DNA of 64,000 nt from assembly GCF_009914755.1 (NCBI RefSeq), contig NC_060926.1; one strand, written 5' to 3'. The notes beneath the pieces are model-generated. The model had not been told where the DNA came from and searched no databases. It saw only the letters and a program-made list of their open reading frames with translations. Origin of the DNA: the human T2T-CHM13v2.0 reference genome, Homo sapiens. This document shows, piece by piece, positions 41,972 to 54,600 of this stretch. The position numbers and the translations under genes were made by a program. Within the stretch, counting starts at the first letter, position 1, and each line of letters opens with the position of its first letter.

Positions 41972-42788
41972 CTACCAACTAAGTGAAAATATTTGCAAGC
42001 CACATATGTAGCAAAGGAGTCAGATCAAGGTTATAGGAAGAAACTCAATATTAAAGAAATAATCCAGTTAGAAAATAGGCAAAAGATATGTAGAGACATT
42101 TCACCTAAGGGGATATTCAGATGACTAATGAGCACCTGAAACGATGTCCAGTATCACTAGCCATTAAGGAAATGCAAATGAAGACCACAATGGTATACCA
42201 GTATACATCTATTAGAACAGCTGAAATAAAAAATAGTGGCAATAGTAAATACGGCTGAGGCTGTGAAGAAACTGTATTTCTCACATATTTGTTTGAAATG
42301 TGAATTGGTACAGTCGTTCTGGAAAAAAGTGTAAGTTTGACAATATCTTTGCAAATTAAACCTACTCATTGCTGAATTAAAGAGATTAAATCAAAATTAT
42401 CAAAAAATGATACTCTCTTATAAAACCATAGTAATACAATTTCCTAAAAAGAAAATCACATTCACACTGGCAGAAAGGATTACAAGCTATGTGAAAAACA
42501 AACGTCCCACTCAATGTACAAGACACTTACGAAAACAAAAAAATTGTACCAAAAATAAGAAAATATTTGAACAAACAAAAAGACAGTGTTTCTGACTGCG
42601 AAAGGTCTACATTACAAAGTCACTGGCTTTTCTCTTAACCTACACAACCCAATCCCAATCAGAACCTAAAGACACATGTTTAGTTCCAAATAATGGACTG
42701 AGACCATATATTTATGTCTCCCCCCACCTCTACACTTCACGTAAATGATAGCAAAGCAACAAGGAGATATGCGAAGGCATTGGCAGAA

Positions 42789-42827
42789 AAGAGAATTTAA
42801 ACTCAAGCAAGAGAATTTAAACTCAAG
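42789..42827. repeat. 20-bp tandem duplication
   Basis: aagagaatttaaactcaag occurs twice, separated by one c. Confidence 0.9.
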
Positions 42828-43025
42828 AAGACAGGAGGTAGAAGAGGTTCACAGGTTTCAGAAGCACTGTTGCTAGGCCACTGGAGAGTGCCAGCCAGCC
42901 TTGCTCAACCCTGAGGGCTCCTGGATTCACAAGCTGTAAGTTAATGGAGGATTGGAAAATAAGTTCCTGGGAAGTGGAGAATTAAGTTCTATATATGCAG
43001 AAATGGATCCCCATCCCCACACCAT

Positions 43026-44180
43026 TGTTAGAGGAGTTCTTGTCCTGCATCCAGGAAGAATGACAAAAGCAGACAAGTGAAGGGTGAAGAACATGAGTTT
43101 TAATGTTAGAACAACTCACAGAAATGGGTAGTTCCTCTCTGTAGGCCGGTCATCCAGTCCAGTGTTCAGCGTCTTAGCAAAGAGACCTCCCTGGAGAAAG
43201 TGACTCATCTCTGCAAGAAAGTCATTCTGACCTCTCTGCAGGTCTCTGAAGTTCTCAGCAAAAAAGGACTGCTCTGCAGTTTGTCGTCCCACCGCTGGAA
43301 TCCCACTCCCGTCATCTCACCACCTTTGTCGTCCTCTTGCTGTCTTCTGCCTTGCGCTGGCTGAGCCCAGGGCTTTTATGGAACTCAAAGGGGAGGAAGT
43401 GCGTGCTGATTGGTCCACGGGCAGCCATGGGCGGGCCAGAAGAGGCACTACGAGTTCCCACTCCAGTCCGTGGGACTGGAAGCCCAGCCCCCAGCCTTCA
43501 GGCCCTCCCTGGCCTGAGGGTGGGGCCTTTCTGGGGACCCCGCCTGCTTTCTGCCCAGGAATCAATCCGCCTCCTGCTGTGGTTCATGGACCCGGGGCTT
43601 GGCCCAACCCTTCTCTGAGATGGGAGTGGGTGCTGGGAGCTGAGAGAGACCAGGCAGTGGAAGCAGACATCCCTGAGCCTGCAGGGCCGGCAGCTGGGGT
43701 GGGGGGGGGGGGGTGGTCCTTCCTGGGGCGCCCGAGGGTGCAGGCTGCAGAGACTCCTCAAGTCCTGCGCCTGGGAGGGCGACCGCAGCTGCCCCGCCAA
43801 CTCGGAAGGGGCAAGGCTCCCGTTTGTCCCCTACTCCTGCCTGCTTCCTGGAACCAGAGGCAGGTCTGCAGCCGCAGGCTCCACGGCTGCAGCTGCACCT
43901 GGGAGTGCAGACCCTTCCTGTTCCCAGCTCCCTCAAGAGGACAGGGAGGCTCATATCCACAGCTGCAGGTTGGGTGGCTGTAGCCCCTCCTAGGAGGGCT
44001 CCTGCTGGCTCCATAGGGGAGGAGGCCTGGGTGTGCAGCTGTGGTTTGGGCAGCTGCAGCTGCCCGGGGAGCTCCCGTCCCACCTCAGAAGGGGCGGGCT
44101 CCCACCAGCTCCATGGAGTGTGCTGACCCAGCGGCACTTCCATGCTGCAGCTGGCATGACCGCGGCAGCCACTGCCGTAA
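43026..44180 (-). mobile_element. MER52-like GC-rich ERV1 solo LTR
   Basis: Contains 'gggcttttatgg..ggggaggaagtgcgtgctgattggtcca..cagccatgggcgggcc' and ends 'ggcagccactgccgtaa'. 4-bp TSD-like ccat/gcat. Confidence 0.8.
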
Positions 44181-44994
44181 GCATCATCCACAAGCAACAC
44201 AGACACTCCAGAGTCTCAGCAGTCAGACTCATTCTCTGCAGGCAGAAAAGCAGAGAGTTCTAAAGGATTTGAACCTGAAGGAGAACTGGAGTGCCTGATG
44301 CAGTCATTAGAAGACTGCAAACAAGCATTCAATCCCCTGGCCCTGCCTTCTCCTCCACTCAGTAAGGCTGTCTGGGACCTCACCAGCTCATTCCTACCTA
44401 AAAACCTCTAGTAGACAATCTCTAGCCATGGGTGCTCAACCATGCTTATCATGGCACCCCTCTTAAACATGAATTTAAGCATAATGACCAAGGAAACCAG
44501 ACATTTAAGGAAAGACCACTGAGGGACTCCAAGGGCTAGAACTGTGGTTGCACATAGAAGACATTCAATAAATATTTGCTGAATGAATGACTGGCCACGA
44601 GAGAAGTAACAAAGACTCGCAATGGAGGGAACAGATAATTCCGGAAATGAAAGATATGTTAACATCTTTAAAAAAATAAAAACTCTAGTATCCTTGGTGA
44701 AATTTAAAACTGTAATGTCTGATAAAGCAGAAACAGGCTACCAAAAGAAAAAGACAGTAGTGAGAGGAGCTCTTAAAAATTAAAAAAATGCAATCTTCCA
44801 CCCCCCCAAAAAAGAGTTGAAAGATAAAATGAAGGAGAGTGAGAAAAATATTGAACAAATGACAAGGAGACAAAATGCATTACAAAAGGCCAAATTGAGG
44901 AGGCACTAAGGGCACATAGTCCATTTTTTCTGGTGGTGTTCTTGAGTTGTTGGGGAGTGTGCTCAACAGCATGGCCCTATCCACATTCTGGAGA

Positions 44995-45100
44995 GGGCAC
45001 ACGCATGCACACACACAACACACGTGCACTGCACACATACATGCACATGTGCACACACATGTTCCTGCACACACATACGGCCTGCACACACATGCATTGC
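44995..45100. repeat. Degenerate (CA/TG)-rich simple repeat
   Basis: Runs such as cacacgcatgcacacacac. Confidence 0.8.
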
Positions 45101-45322
45101 ACTGGCAACACCCCCATCTGGCTGCTTTCTCTTGCCCTCACTGTTGAGCACCAGATTCCTACACTCCCATGATCTCAAATTCACCCCGGAGTGGTCTCCC
45201 AGTAACCCGGCCACAGCACATGCACACCAATTGTGTGTGTGGAGGTGCTACCAGTGGCCAGTGAGCACATGCAGATGTGCCCAGCACACAGCTGCTCCTG
45301 CCTCACGTGATTCAAAAATTAA

Positions 45323-45504
45323 TTACAGATGTAGTTAATCTAGATGAGGTCACACTGGAGTAGGGTAGTCCCTAGTCCTATTGGCTTAGATGTCCTTATA
45401 GAAAGGGGGGATTTTGGACCCAGGCACACATAAAGGAGAAGATTATGTAGAGTGCAGTTGTGCTGCCACAGGCCAAGCAACTACCAGAAGCTTAGGAGGA
45501 GGTC
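45323..45504 (+). mobile_element. Partial MLT1B-like LTR copy (inverted duplicate of 46455-46636)
   Basis: By manual alignment, 163/182 identical and ungapped to the reverse complement of 46455-46636. Confidence 0.85.
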
Positions 45505-45759
45505 TGATCAAATGTGACAAAATGTGACAAAAATGGTGTATCACTGATTTAAGAAGCTTGATGTCTGCAGCCAGTTTTTAGTTGAAATTTAGGTGATCTT
45601 ATTCAACCCCCAAAACAGCATTCCTAATGCACTTCCATCTTCCCTTAAACATCTTTGTATTTAGTCCAAGCCCAGGATCACTCAGGGTCCAAGGGACAGC
45701 TGCCATGTTTCTGGATTTCCATGTGAAAAAACATGTATTTTGACCCTTTGACCATTATT

Positions 45760-47300
45760 AGAAATTAATTTGAAATATATTATAGAGCTACATGTGAGAG
45801 TTAAAGCAATAAATTTCTAGAGGAAGAAATTTTTTAAATGTCTTCATAGTCTTGGGGAAGGAGAAGATTTCTTAGAAAAGATGCAAAACATTCTAACCAA
45901 AAATTAAAATCAAATAAAACTGACTTCATCAAAATTTAAAATTATGCTTACCAAATACATTAAGGAAGTAAAAAGACATGTTTAGACTGAGAGAAAATAT
46001 TTGCAATAAATGCAACTAATGAAACAGAGTATATTAAAATCACATAAATCAATGAAAACACAAAACTGAATTAAAAATTAGAAAAGCATTTGAACAGATA
46101 CTTCACAAAACAACATGTCCATAGGACCAATAAATGTATGATTAGGTGATTACATTCATTATTTATCAGGAAAATGCAAATGACCAAAATAAAAAATATG
46201 GACAGTCTAAATGTTATCAAGAGTGGAGCTTTTGGGATTGTACAACGACTTTGGAAAATGACAGTTTCTAACAAAAACCAGTTCTTACCCTATGTCACAG
46301 CAACTCTCCTTCTAGCTATACTCCTGTAGTAGTCTGCTAGGGCTGCCACGGCAAAGTACCACAGACTGGGAGGCTTAAACAGAAACTTATTGTCTCACAG
46401 TCCTGGAGGCCACAAGTTGAAGATCAAGGTGATGTCAAGGCCATCCTCCTTCCTGACCTCTTCCTAAGCTTCTAGTAGTTCTTTGGCCTGTGGCAGGACA
46501 ACTGCAATCTAAATAATATTCTCTTTTATGTGTGTGTGTGTCCAAAATCCCCCCTTTCTATAAGGACATCCAATCCAATAGGATTAGGGACTACCCTACT
46601 CCAATATGACCTCATCTAAATTAATTACATCTGTAAGGACCCTATTCCCAAATAAGGTTACATTCTGAGATAGTAGGGGTTAGGACTTCAAAATATGAAC
46701 ACTTTGGGAGACACAATTCAAGCTGTAACAGTACTCAACAGAAAGGAGTGGGTATTGTCCACCAAAAGTCACAGGCAAAAATGTTAATGGCTATTTAATT
46801 CATAGTAGTCAAAACTGAAAATAAACCAAATGCACAACCAAGAGAGAATGGGTCAACAATATGTCATATATTCATACAATGGAGTACCATATGGCAATGA
46901 AAACAAAGCAAAATGATTACTACGCTCAACAACACAGATAATGCTCAGAAACATATTGAGCCAAATAAGCAGACACAATAGTGTATGCACACTGATTCCC
47001 TTTATATAAAGTTTATACGAACTACAAATGCTTATATCTGTGAATCCATGAGGACAGAAGTCGGAGGAGTGAAGAAGTGTTATGGTGAAGGTGGGAGTGA
47101 GGGAGTGGGTATTGACCAGGAGGGGGTGTGATAAAATTTCCTAGGGAGATGAAATGTTTCATGTCTTCATTTGAGGACTGGCCACTCAGGAATACATGTA
47201 AAATTGATCAAGATGTACAATATGTACAAGATATAAAATATGTGTGTTTTACTGTGTATATTATGTCTAGGAAAGACTGTAAGAAAAATAATAAAAACAT
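45760..47300 (+). mobile_element. L1ME-class 3' portion interrupted by MLT1
   Basis: Motifs 'gacttcatcaaaatttaaaa', 'caggaaaatgcaaat', 'cagacacaatagtgtatgcacactgattccctttata'. Confidence 0.7.
46325..46730 (-). mobile_element. MLT1B-like MaLR solo LTR
   Basis: Termini tgtagtagtctgctagggctgcc ... gacacaattcaagctgtaaca with a typical MLT1 body. Confidence 0.85.
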
Positions 47301-47574
47301 ACTGTTGATTAGTAGGTTTCAATGCAAAGCCTTTGCCTTTTCTGTACAATTTCATTAAAATGTTGACAAAAAAATGGTTCATTAGAAGGATGCTTAATAA
47401 AATCTACCCTGCAGGGGCTGATTAATCCATAGCTTCCAGGTCTAGCCAGCATAAGGCCAGGGACACATTCTCTTATGTGCTCATGCTGCAGCCTCTGAAC
47501 AAATAAAACCTAGTGATGACTGGTTAGCTGTATCATCTCTCAAGGATCCACTTTCATCTGAAGCTTATGTATAC

Positions 47575-48183
47575 CACATGAGTAGGGTTCTCTAGAGAAG
47601 CAGAACCTACATATCTATATCTATTAATATACATATAGGTGTGTATGTGTGTATATATATAGGTAGTATATATATATGTGTATGTATATATATACACACA
47701 TTCACATACATACATACATATATATGAGGAAATTTATTGTAGGAATTTGCTCATGTGGTTATGGAAGCTGAGAAATTCCATGGTCTGCCATCTGCAAGCT
47801 GAATAACCAGATAAGCTGGTGGTGTAATTTAGTCCACACCAGAAGGCCTGAGAATCAGGGGTCAACAGTTTAAGTCTTCTTCTGAGTCCACAAGCTGGAG
47901 AACCAGTTTTGATCCCCCAGGACAGGAGCAGGTGGATGTCCTAAATCAAGAAAAGAGAGAGCAAATTCGCCCTTCTTCCTCCTTTTTGTTCTATCCTAGC
48001 TCTCAATACATTGAAAGGTGTTAACCCACACTGGGGAGGACAGATCTCTTTTACTGACTCTGCTGATTCAAATGTGAATCTCTTTCAGAAACACCTTCAC
48101 AGATATACCCAGCAATAACATTTTACCAGCTATCGGGGAATCCCGTGACCCAGTCAAGTAGACATATAAAATTAACCATCACT
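47575..48183 (-). mobile_element. MLT2B-like ERVL LTR with internal TA/TG/CA simple repeat
   Basis: Contains 'agggttctctagagaagcagaacc' and 'ctgccatctgcaagctg'. Ends 'cccagtcaagtagacatataaaattaaccatcac'. Confidence 0.85.
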
Positions 48184-49559
48184 GTAAGCAAAGAGAAGAG
48201 GGAGACAGAGGAAATTGAAGGCAAAGATTGGTATGGATATCCCCGTGTTGATGCACAGGAGATAGTCCATTCTCCGAGCAGGAGGCAAGCCCTCCTGCTG
48301 AGGCAGCTGACATCTGTCAGTTTTTCAGGAAATCACATGTTAGGGCTCTGGCTTGAGTCAAGACCATCTGCAGTATTGACAGAAGAGTGAAATAATGGAC
48401 CTTAATATTGAAAATACTTGAATTTCTCTCCCAAAATTTATTACTCTTCTCTGTTTTCTGTTTGAGAAAATAAAAGTATGGCTATCCATTTTCTAAAGAG
48501 TACATTCATGGCACACATAGAATCATTTTTCATAAAGGATTAAGAGAAATAATAACACATACCCAGAAAATCGGATTGCTTGAGATGCGTATGTGATTTT
48601 CAACGTGAATAATGCACAGTTACATTCTGAAGAGGGATTGTGGAGGCCCCTTAGATAAGCCAGTCAGTAGGAGATGCAACCTCAGGTCCCCATCCCGCGT
48701 GAGACAAAGGGGCTATTTAGAAGCAATCTGGTACAATGTTGGCTGTTAGCAGGTTCTTTCTTGAGGGGTGCTATGCAGCCCAGGTGCCTCTGATTGAGGA
48801 TGAGCCTGTGACTGCCCTGACTGGTAAGTCCAGGTTCAGTTGTCATGATGTTGGAGGACCCTCTGTCCCTCAGAGCCAAAATCACCCGCTCCTGGGTCCT
48901 AGTTAAGACCCCTGATGCTAGTGCCTCTTTGTTGTGATGATGCTGGTTCTACCCTTTGCCTCTCCTCACCCGCAAACACATTCTCCAGCCCCCTCTTCCT
49001 GCTCTGCATCTCCACAAGCTGATACACAGAAACTGTGTCATCTGGGCTTCTTGCCCACTGGTTCCAAGTGGATTCAGCCATGGACAGCAGCAGCGGGAGA
49101 CTGGTGGGCAGGAGGAGAAAGAGCTCCAAGTATCTTTTCTATTTACTCCCTGCCTGGCTGCTGCATCTTGGGTAGTAGCCCTGTACTTCCCTTTGCTTGC
49201 AACAGCCTGTCCTCCACTTGTTCAACCCTCCCTGTGGAAGAGCTGACACTCATCAGGATCCCAGACAGTCCTGGGCCCCTGAGCATTCCATTAAGCCACC
49301 TTCTCATGCCTCCGGACTAGTAGCAACCCAATTCTCCCCCACTTCTCTAGCTACCTGGGGCTTCACTTCTTCATAATATTTTTACTCTCCCAGTTTAAAG
49401 ATAAGTCAATTATTTACCACTGAAACAAGAAATGCCATAGAAGCTGAGTTATTCAGATTTCACTTTTTCTTCAGCTAATATACCCCCAGGCCCCATAAAA
49501 AAAATCTGAACCATTCACTTGTTCACTACCTGTTTCCCCTCATTTTCCCTCATTCAAGG

Positions 49560-49710
49560 GTAGGCTCCACAGGATAAGGAAAGTTTATTTCATTCCCTAT
49601 TGTATCTCCAGGACCTAGAACAACAATGCATAGCACAAAGTAAACAATCAACACATATTTGTAGAATAAATAGATGAATGAATAAGTGAATGAGAGTATA
49701 AATGAATAAG
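49560..49710 (+). mobile_element. L2 3' end
   Basis: 'tgtatctccaggacctagaacaacaatgcatagcacaaagtaaacaatcaacacatatttgtagaataaatagatgaatgaat'. Confidence 0.65.
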
Positions 49711-50099
49711 ACAGCATCAAATATTTTAGGCCTATTCTGCTAGTGACACAGGAAGTAAGTCCACTCCCTTTTACTAAAATTATGGTTACATGAAAAACTA
49801 ATTAAAATGCAAGGCAGAAATAATAAATGTAGAAGCAATGAGGGAAACAGAAAATCACCATCAGAACAGCACAGTAATAATTGCTCCGGGCAATTGATGC
49901 GTGCTAAAATTAGTGGGTGGAACTTTGAGGAGAAACAGGAATTTGCATAGCCTCAAAGTATTTTCTGCAAAATATTTAATTACTGTGCTGGCTTTAACAT
50001 ATGTTCAGAAATCCTTTGATATTACTCCTTCTAGAAGATGTAGCTTAATTCACTTCCCATTGAGTGTGGGCTGACTATAGTGAATTGCTACTAATAGAG

Positions 50100-50287
50100 T
50101 GGGGTTTCTTGGCCTCAGCACAGTTCTCTGTTGCAGGGATGCCCTTTGCAGGGTTTAAGATGACAGCAGCATCTCCAGCCTCTACCTGCTAGATCCCAAG
50201 AGCAACCTCACTCCCATCTGTGACAACGAAGCATGTCTCCCCTGAATATCCTCTGGGGAACAAACCACCCTTCGTTGAGAGCCACTG
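50100..50287 (-). mobile_element. MER20 hAT DNA transposon
   Basis: 'cagcagcatctccagcctctacctgctagat..tgtgacaacgaagcatgtctcc..gttgagagccactg'. 8-bp TSD taatagag/aaatagag. Confidence 0.8.
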
Positions 50288-50337
50288 AAATAGAGGGTGG
50301 AAAAGGACACAGAATAACTTCCAAGTAGAAAATCCTA

Positions 50338-50678
50338 GGCCAGGCACAGTGGCTCATGCCTGTAATCTTAGCACTCTGGAAGGGCGAGGCAGGAGAATCA
50401 CTTGAGTATAGGAGTTCAAGACCAGCCTGAGTGAGACATCTTCTCTATAAAAAAAAGTTTTTTAAAAAATTAGCTGGGCATGGTGGTGCACACCTATAGT
50501 CTCAGCTACTCAGGAGGCTCACCTGAAGCTCAGGAGGCAGAGGTTGCAGTGAGCCGAGATTGCATCGCTGCACTGCAATCTGGATGACAGAGTGAGAACC
50601 TGTCTCAAAAAAGAAAAGAAAAGAAAAAAGAAAAGAAGGAAGGAAGGAGAAAAAAGGAAAGAAAGAAAAAAGTAAAGA
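50338..50678 (+). mobile_element. AluJ with purine-rich tail
   Basis: Diverged dimeric Alu with 'gaatcacttgagtataggagttcaagaccagcctg' and a GA-rich tail. TSD-like agaaaatcct/agaaaatctt. Confidence 0.9.
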
Positions 50679-53099
50679 AAATCTTGACTAAAATCTCCTT
50701 AACCAAAGGATAAACATACACATCATAGTGGAAACCAGGTTAACTTCATGTACCCCGCGATGTGATAGGATGAGGATAGTACACAGCCCAATCATGAGAA
50801 GCATCAGATAAACCCACATCCAGGTGCATTCTACAGCTAGATCTCTGACCACTGCTGCTCTTCAAATGTGGCAAGGTCATAAAATACAAGGGAAAACACG
50901 GAAACAGTCACAGATTGGAAGAGACTAAGGAGACACAATGAGTGAGTGCAACATGGTATTCTGGAGTGGATCATTTCACAGAATGGAAAAATAAACATTA
51001 GGGCAAAAAATATGAAAAACATCTAGAATTTAGTTCATGGTGTTATGCTGATGTTAATTTATTAGTTTTGATAAATGTTCTATGGTTATGTAAGATGCTA
51101 ATGTAAGGGAAGGAAGGTGAAGGAAGACAGGAACTCTCTGTATTATCCTCACAACCCTTCTGTCAACCTAAAATTAATTCAAATAAAGTTAAACAGTGCA
51201 AAATGTGAGGTAGAGAGTACTAACCACAAACGAATGATAGAGAACACCTTTCAATCTTTCTGCAAATACACTCCTTGCCTCATTATCCATTTGCTGACCC
51301 TACCTTCTACCACTACAAATATATAATTCAGCTTATACTTTGAGTGACTTCTGGTTATATATTTTACTCCAGTTCCATGGCAGCCTCATTCACTAGGTAA
51401 ACAAGATGATAAAATCTCTAGGCCTCGGGCTAAAAGAAATAGCTTGGGCAAAGTTTCCTCTAACCCAACACAATTGATGGAAATCTCTTGGAAGTAAATT
51501 GCTTCCATTTATCCCAAATCTCATTGTCTTCTGAATGTCTAGCTGATGCTCCAGGCTCTTTGAGAATAGTGCCTCATTTGGAGGAATGGGGCTTCTGTTG
51601 CTTCGAATCTTTTCTTCAGTAATTCATTTATAGACACGCACAATGGGGTCTCCTAAGTTACGAGGGGTGCCCTTCTAACTAGAGAGCTATCTGGCCCATA
51701 GTTGGAAATGCAGAAATGTCTCACTAAGGCCAGGCATAGGTGAAATGCAGTATAGCTTCAGTGGAGGCAAGGGCAGTGCATAATAAGACTGTGATAGTTT
51801 TGACAGGAAAAAAAATACATTGACCAGAATTCCAAAGCCTCCACTTGGTTCCCATGGAATTGAGCCCCTGGAGGCAACTTCCAGGCCTGCTTCTCCAGCC
51901 CTCTGCACTGGACCAAGCAGGGGGCCTGTGGAACCTGACATCCAATGAATTTAGGTCTATCCTGGAAGAAAGATTGAATAACGTGCTCATAGACTACCTG
52001 CGTACCTTGCCCCAGCACAGTGGCTGCCGAGAGGGAATAGAGTGTGGCTGTACTACACTTCACTGAAGAGAGTCGGTGTCTACCCAAGAGGCGTGAACCT
52101 TTCTCCTAGGAGATGGGGTAGGTGTGTAGCCAAAAATATATCTAAGAGAACAACTCCTAATTTATAACACTGTGATGATAACATCAGTCATCCTGTCTGA
52201 CAATATTCAACAAAAAGGTTATTAGGAACTGTGGATGGAGTCATGAAACCATCAATCCAATGGAGGCTGACCCATCAGCTCTAACCAAATATGGTGAGCC
52301 TCATGCTATAAGGAGACCTGCGATGTCAGTCCGGCTAATCTGGGTATGCAAATGCTTAGAATATGCATTTTCCCAACTATAAAGTACTACTGATTTTTTT
52401 TATAAAAGAAAAAGATACATTTAAAATAAAATAACAATACAATCCTAAAACTCTAAGCATGAAACAGACCCCTGACAGAAGCCATTAAAGAAAAAGGTGG
52501 CAAGATTTGACTTCATAAATATTAAAATTTTTAATACTGCAAAAGTCATCATATAAATGGATTAGTGACAACCTGGGAGAAAATATTGTCAATACATGTG
52601 GTGAACAAGGAATTAATATGCATGGTGTATAGGGAATGCCTATATAACACCAAACAAAAAAAATAGGGGTATTGATAGTGGCTATGAATAGACAAATTAC
52701 ATATATAAAACCACAAATGGCCAATAAATAGTTGAAAATATAATACAATTTTATGAATAATTTTAAAATAAAAATTTAAACCAGAGTGATATATTTTATT
52801 TATCTGATCAGATGGACAACAATTTAAAAGAATATTGATATCAATTCAGTACTGGAAGAAAAATTGGAGCTACCACCTCTTCTTGGCAGAAGTGCAAATT
52901 AGTATAAATTGTTATAGTTTGAACGGAAGTAAATTCATATAAATATCTTAAAAGACAATTTGCCAAATTTACCAAATTTTAAAATTTGCATGGCTTTTAC
53001 ATCCAGAAGTTCCTCTTATAGCAAGCATCCTTATACATAGATACATTTACAAAAACATGCCCAAATGGTTTTAACACCAACCTCCCAAAAAGCGATGAG

Positions 53100-54600
53100 A
53101 CTTAACAAATAACCCAACTAGAAAATGGGCAAAGAACCAAACAGATATTTATCAAAAGATGACATAAAAATAACCAACATGCACATGAAAAAATGTTCAA
53201 CATCACTCATCTTCAGGGAAATGCAAATCAAAACTGCAATGAAATAACACCCCATACCCATTATAACAGTGATCATCAAAAAGACAGAACATAAGTGTTG
53301 GTGAGGATGTGGGGAAGAAAAACACTGGAACACTTCTGGCAGGAATGTAAATTCGTGTAGCCATAAATGGAAAACCATATGGCGGTTCCTCAAAATATTA
53401 AGAATCAAACGACCATATGATCCAACAGTCCCACTCCTGTGTTTATATCTAAAGGAAATAAAATCAAGATCTCAAAGAGGTGTCTGCATTCCCATGTTCA
53501 CTGCAGCACTATTCACAATAGCCCAGGACATGAAATCCACCTAAGTGCTCACCAGTAGATTCATGGAGAAAGAAAACATGGTATATGCAAAATTCGACAA
53601 CATTCAACCTTAAAAAAGAAGAAAATCATGTCATTTGTGACAACATGGATGGACTTAGAGGACATTATACTGGATGAAATAAGCCAGGCACATGAAGACA
53701 AATACCGCATGATCTCACTTACATGTGGAATCTAAGAAAGTGGAACTCATAGGAGCAAAGAGTAGAATGGTGGTTACCAGTGACTGGGGAGAGGTGGGGT
53801 GGAGATTCAGGAGATGCTGGCCTTAGGACACAAAATATCAGTTAGACAGGGGAGATAAGTTCAAGAAATCTATTGTACAACATGATGACTATAGTTAATA
53901 ACAATGTATTGTATTGAGAGGTGAAGCCAGTTGGACTTCCTGGGTTGAGTGGGGACTTGGAGAACTTTTTTGTCTTACAAGAGGATTGTAAAATGCACCA
54001 ATCAGAGCTTTGTAAAAACACACCAATCAGTACTCTGTAAAACGCACCAATCAGTGCTCTGTAAAATGCACCAATCAGCACTCTGTAAAATGCACCAATC
54101 AGCAGGATTCTAAAAGTAGCCAATCGGGGGGAGGATTGAAAAAAGGGCATTCTTATAGGACAGAAATAGAACAGGGGAGGGGACAAATGAGGCAATAAAA
54201 GCTGGCCACCCCAGCCAGCAGCTGCAACCTGCTTGGGTCAGTTTCCAAGCTGTAGAAGCTTTGATCTTTTGCTCTTCACAATAAATCATGCTGCTGCTCA
54301 CTCTCTGGGCAGTGCCGCCTTTAAGAGCTGTAACACTCACCAGGAAGGTCTTCAAGGCCTGTGGCTTTATTCTTGAAGTTAGCCAGACCACGAACCCACT
54401 GGCAGGAGCCAACTCCGGACACAGTATGTCTGAAATTTATTAAGAGTAGATTTTAACGCTCTTGCCACAAAACAATAAGCATGTGAGGTCATGAATATGT
54501 CAACTGCTGTATTTAGCTGTTCTACAGTGTGCACATATATAAAAACATCACGTTGTATTCCCGAAATATATACGGGTTTTCTTTGTCAATTTATGAAAAC
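53100..54600 (+). mobile_element. L1MA-class 3' end interrupted by LTR12
   Basis: ORF2 3' motifs and 3'UTR 'gttcaagaaatctattgtacaacatgatgactatagttaataacaatgtattgtat', which resumes after the LTR. Confidence 0.85.
53915..54423 (+). mobile_element. LTR12(F-like) ERV9 solo LTR
   Basis: tgagaggtgaagccag ... aactccggacaca with a perfect 4-bp TSD gtat (53911-53914, 54424-54427). Tandem caccaatcag repeats and two aataaa motifs. Confidence 0.95.

Larger units (their letters stand above)
49790..51190 (+). mobile_element. L1MC-class 3'UTR interrupted by MER20 and AluJ
   Basis: Motifs 'gaaacagaaaatcaccatcagaac', 'gtgcaacatggtattctggagtggatc' and 'ttagttttgataaatgttctatggttatgtaagatgctaa'. Confidence 0.7.

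Noticed and set aside
43317-44298. Cluster of long overlapping ORFs (201 aa, 214 aa, 137 aa)
   Set aside because: They lie within a GC-rich MER52-like LTR where stop codons are rare. They are open on both strands and show no recognisable domain.
53990-54110. Regularly spaced ~22-bp repeats resembling a CRISPR-like array
   Set aside because: These are head-to-tail tandem CCAAT units of the LTR12 U3 region with no unique spacers, in a eukaryotic context.
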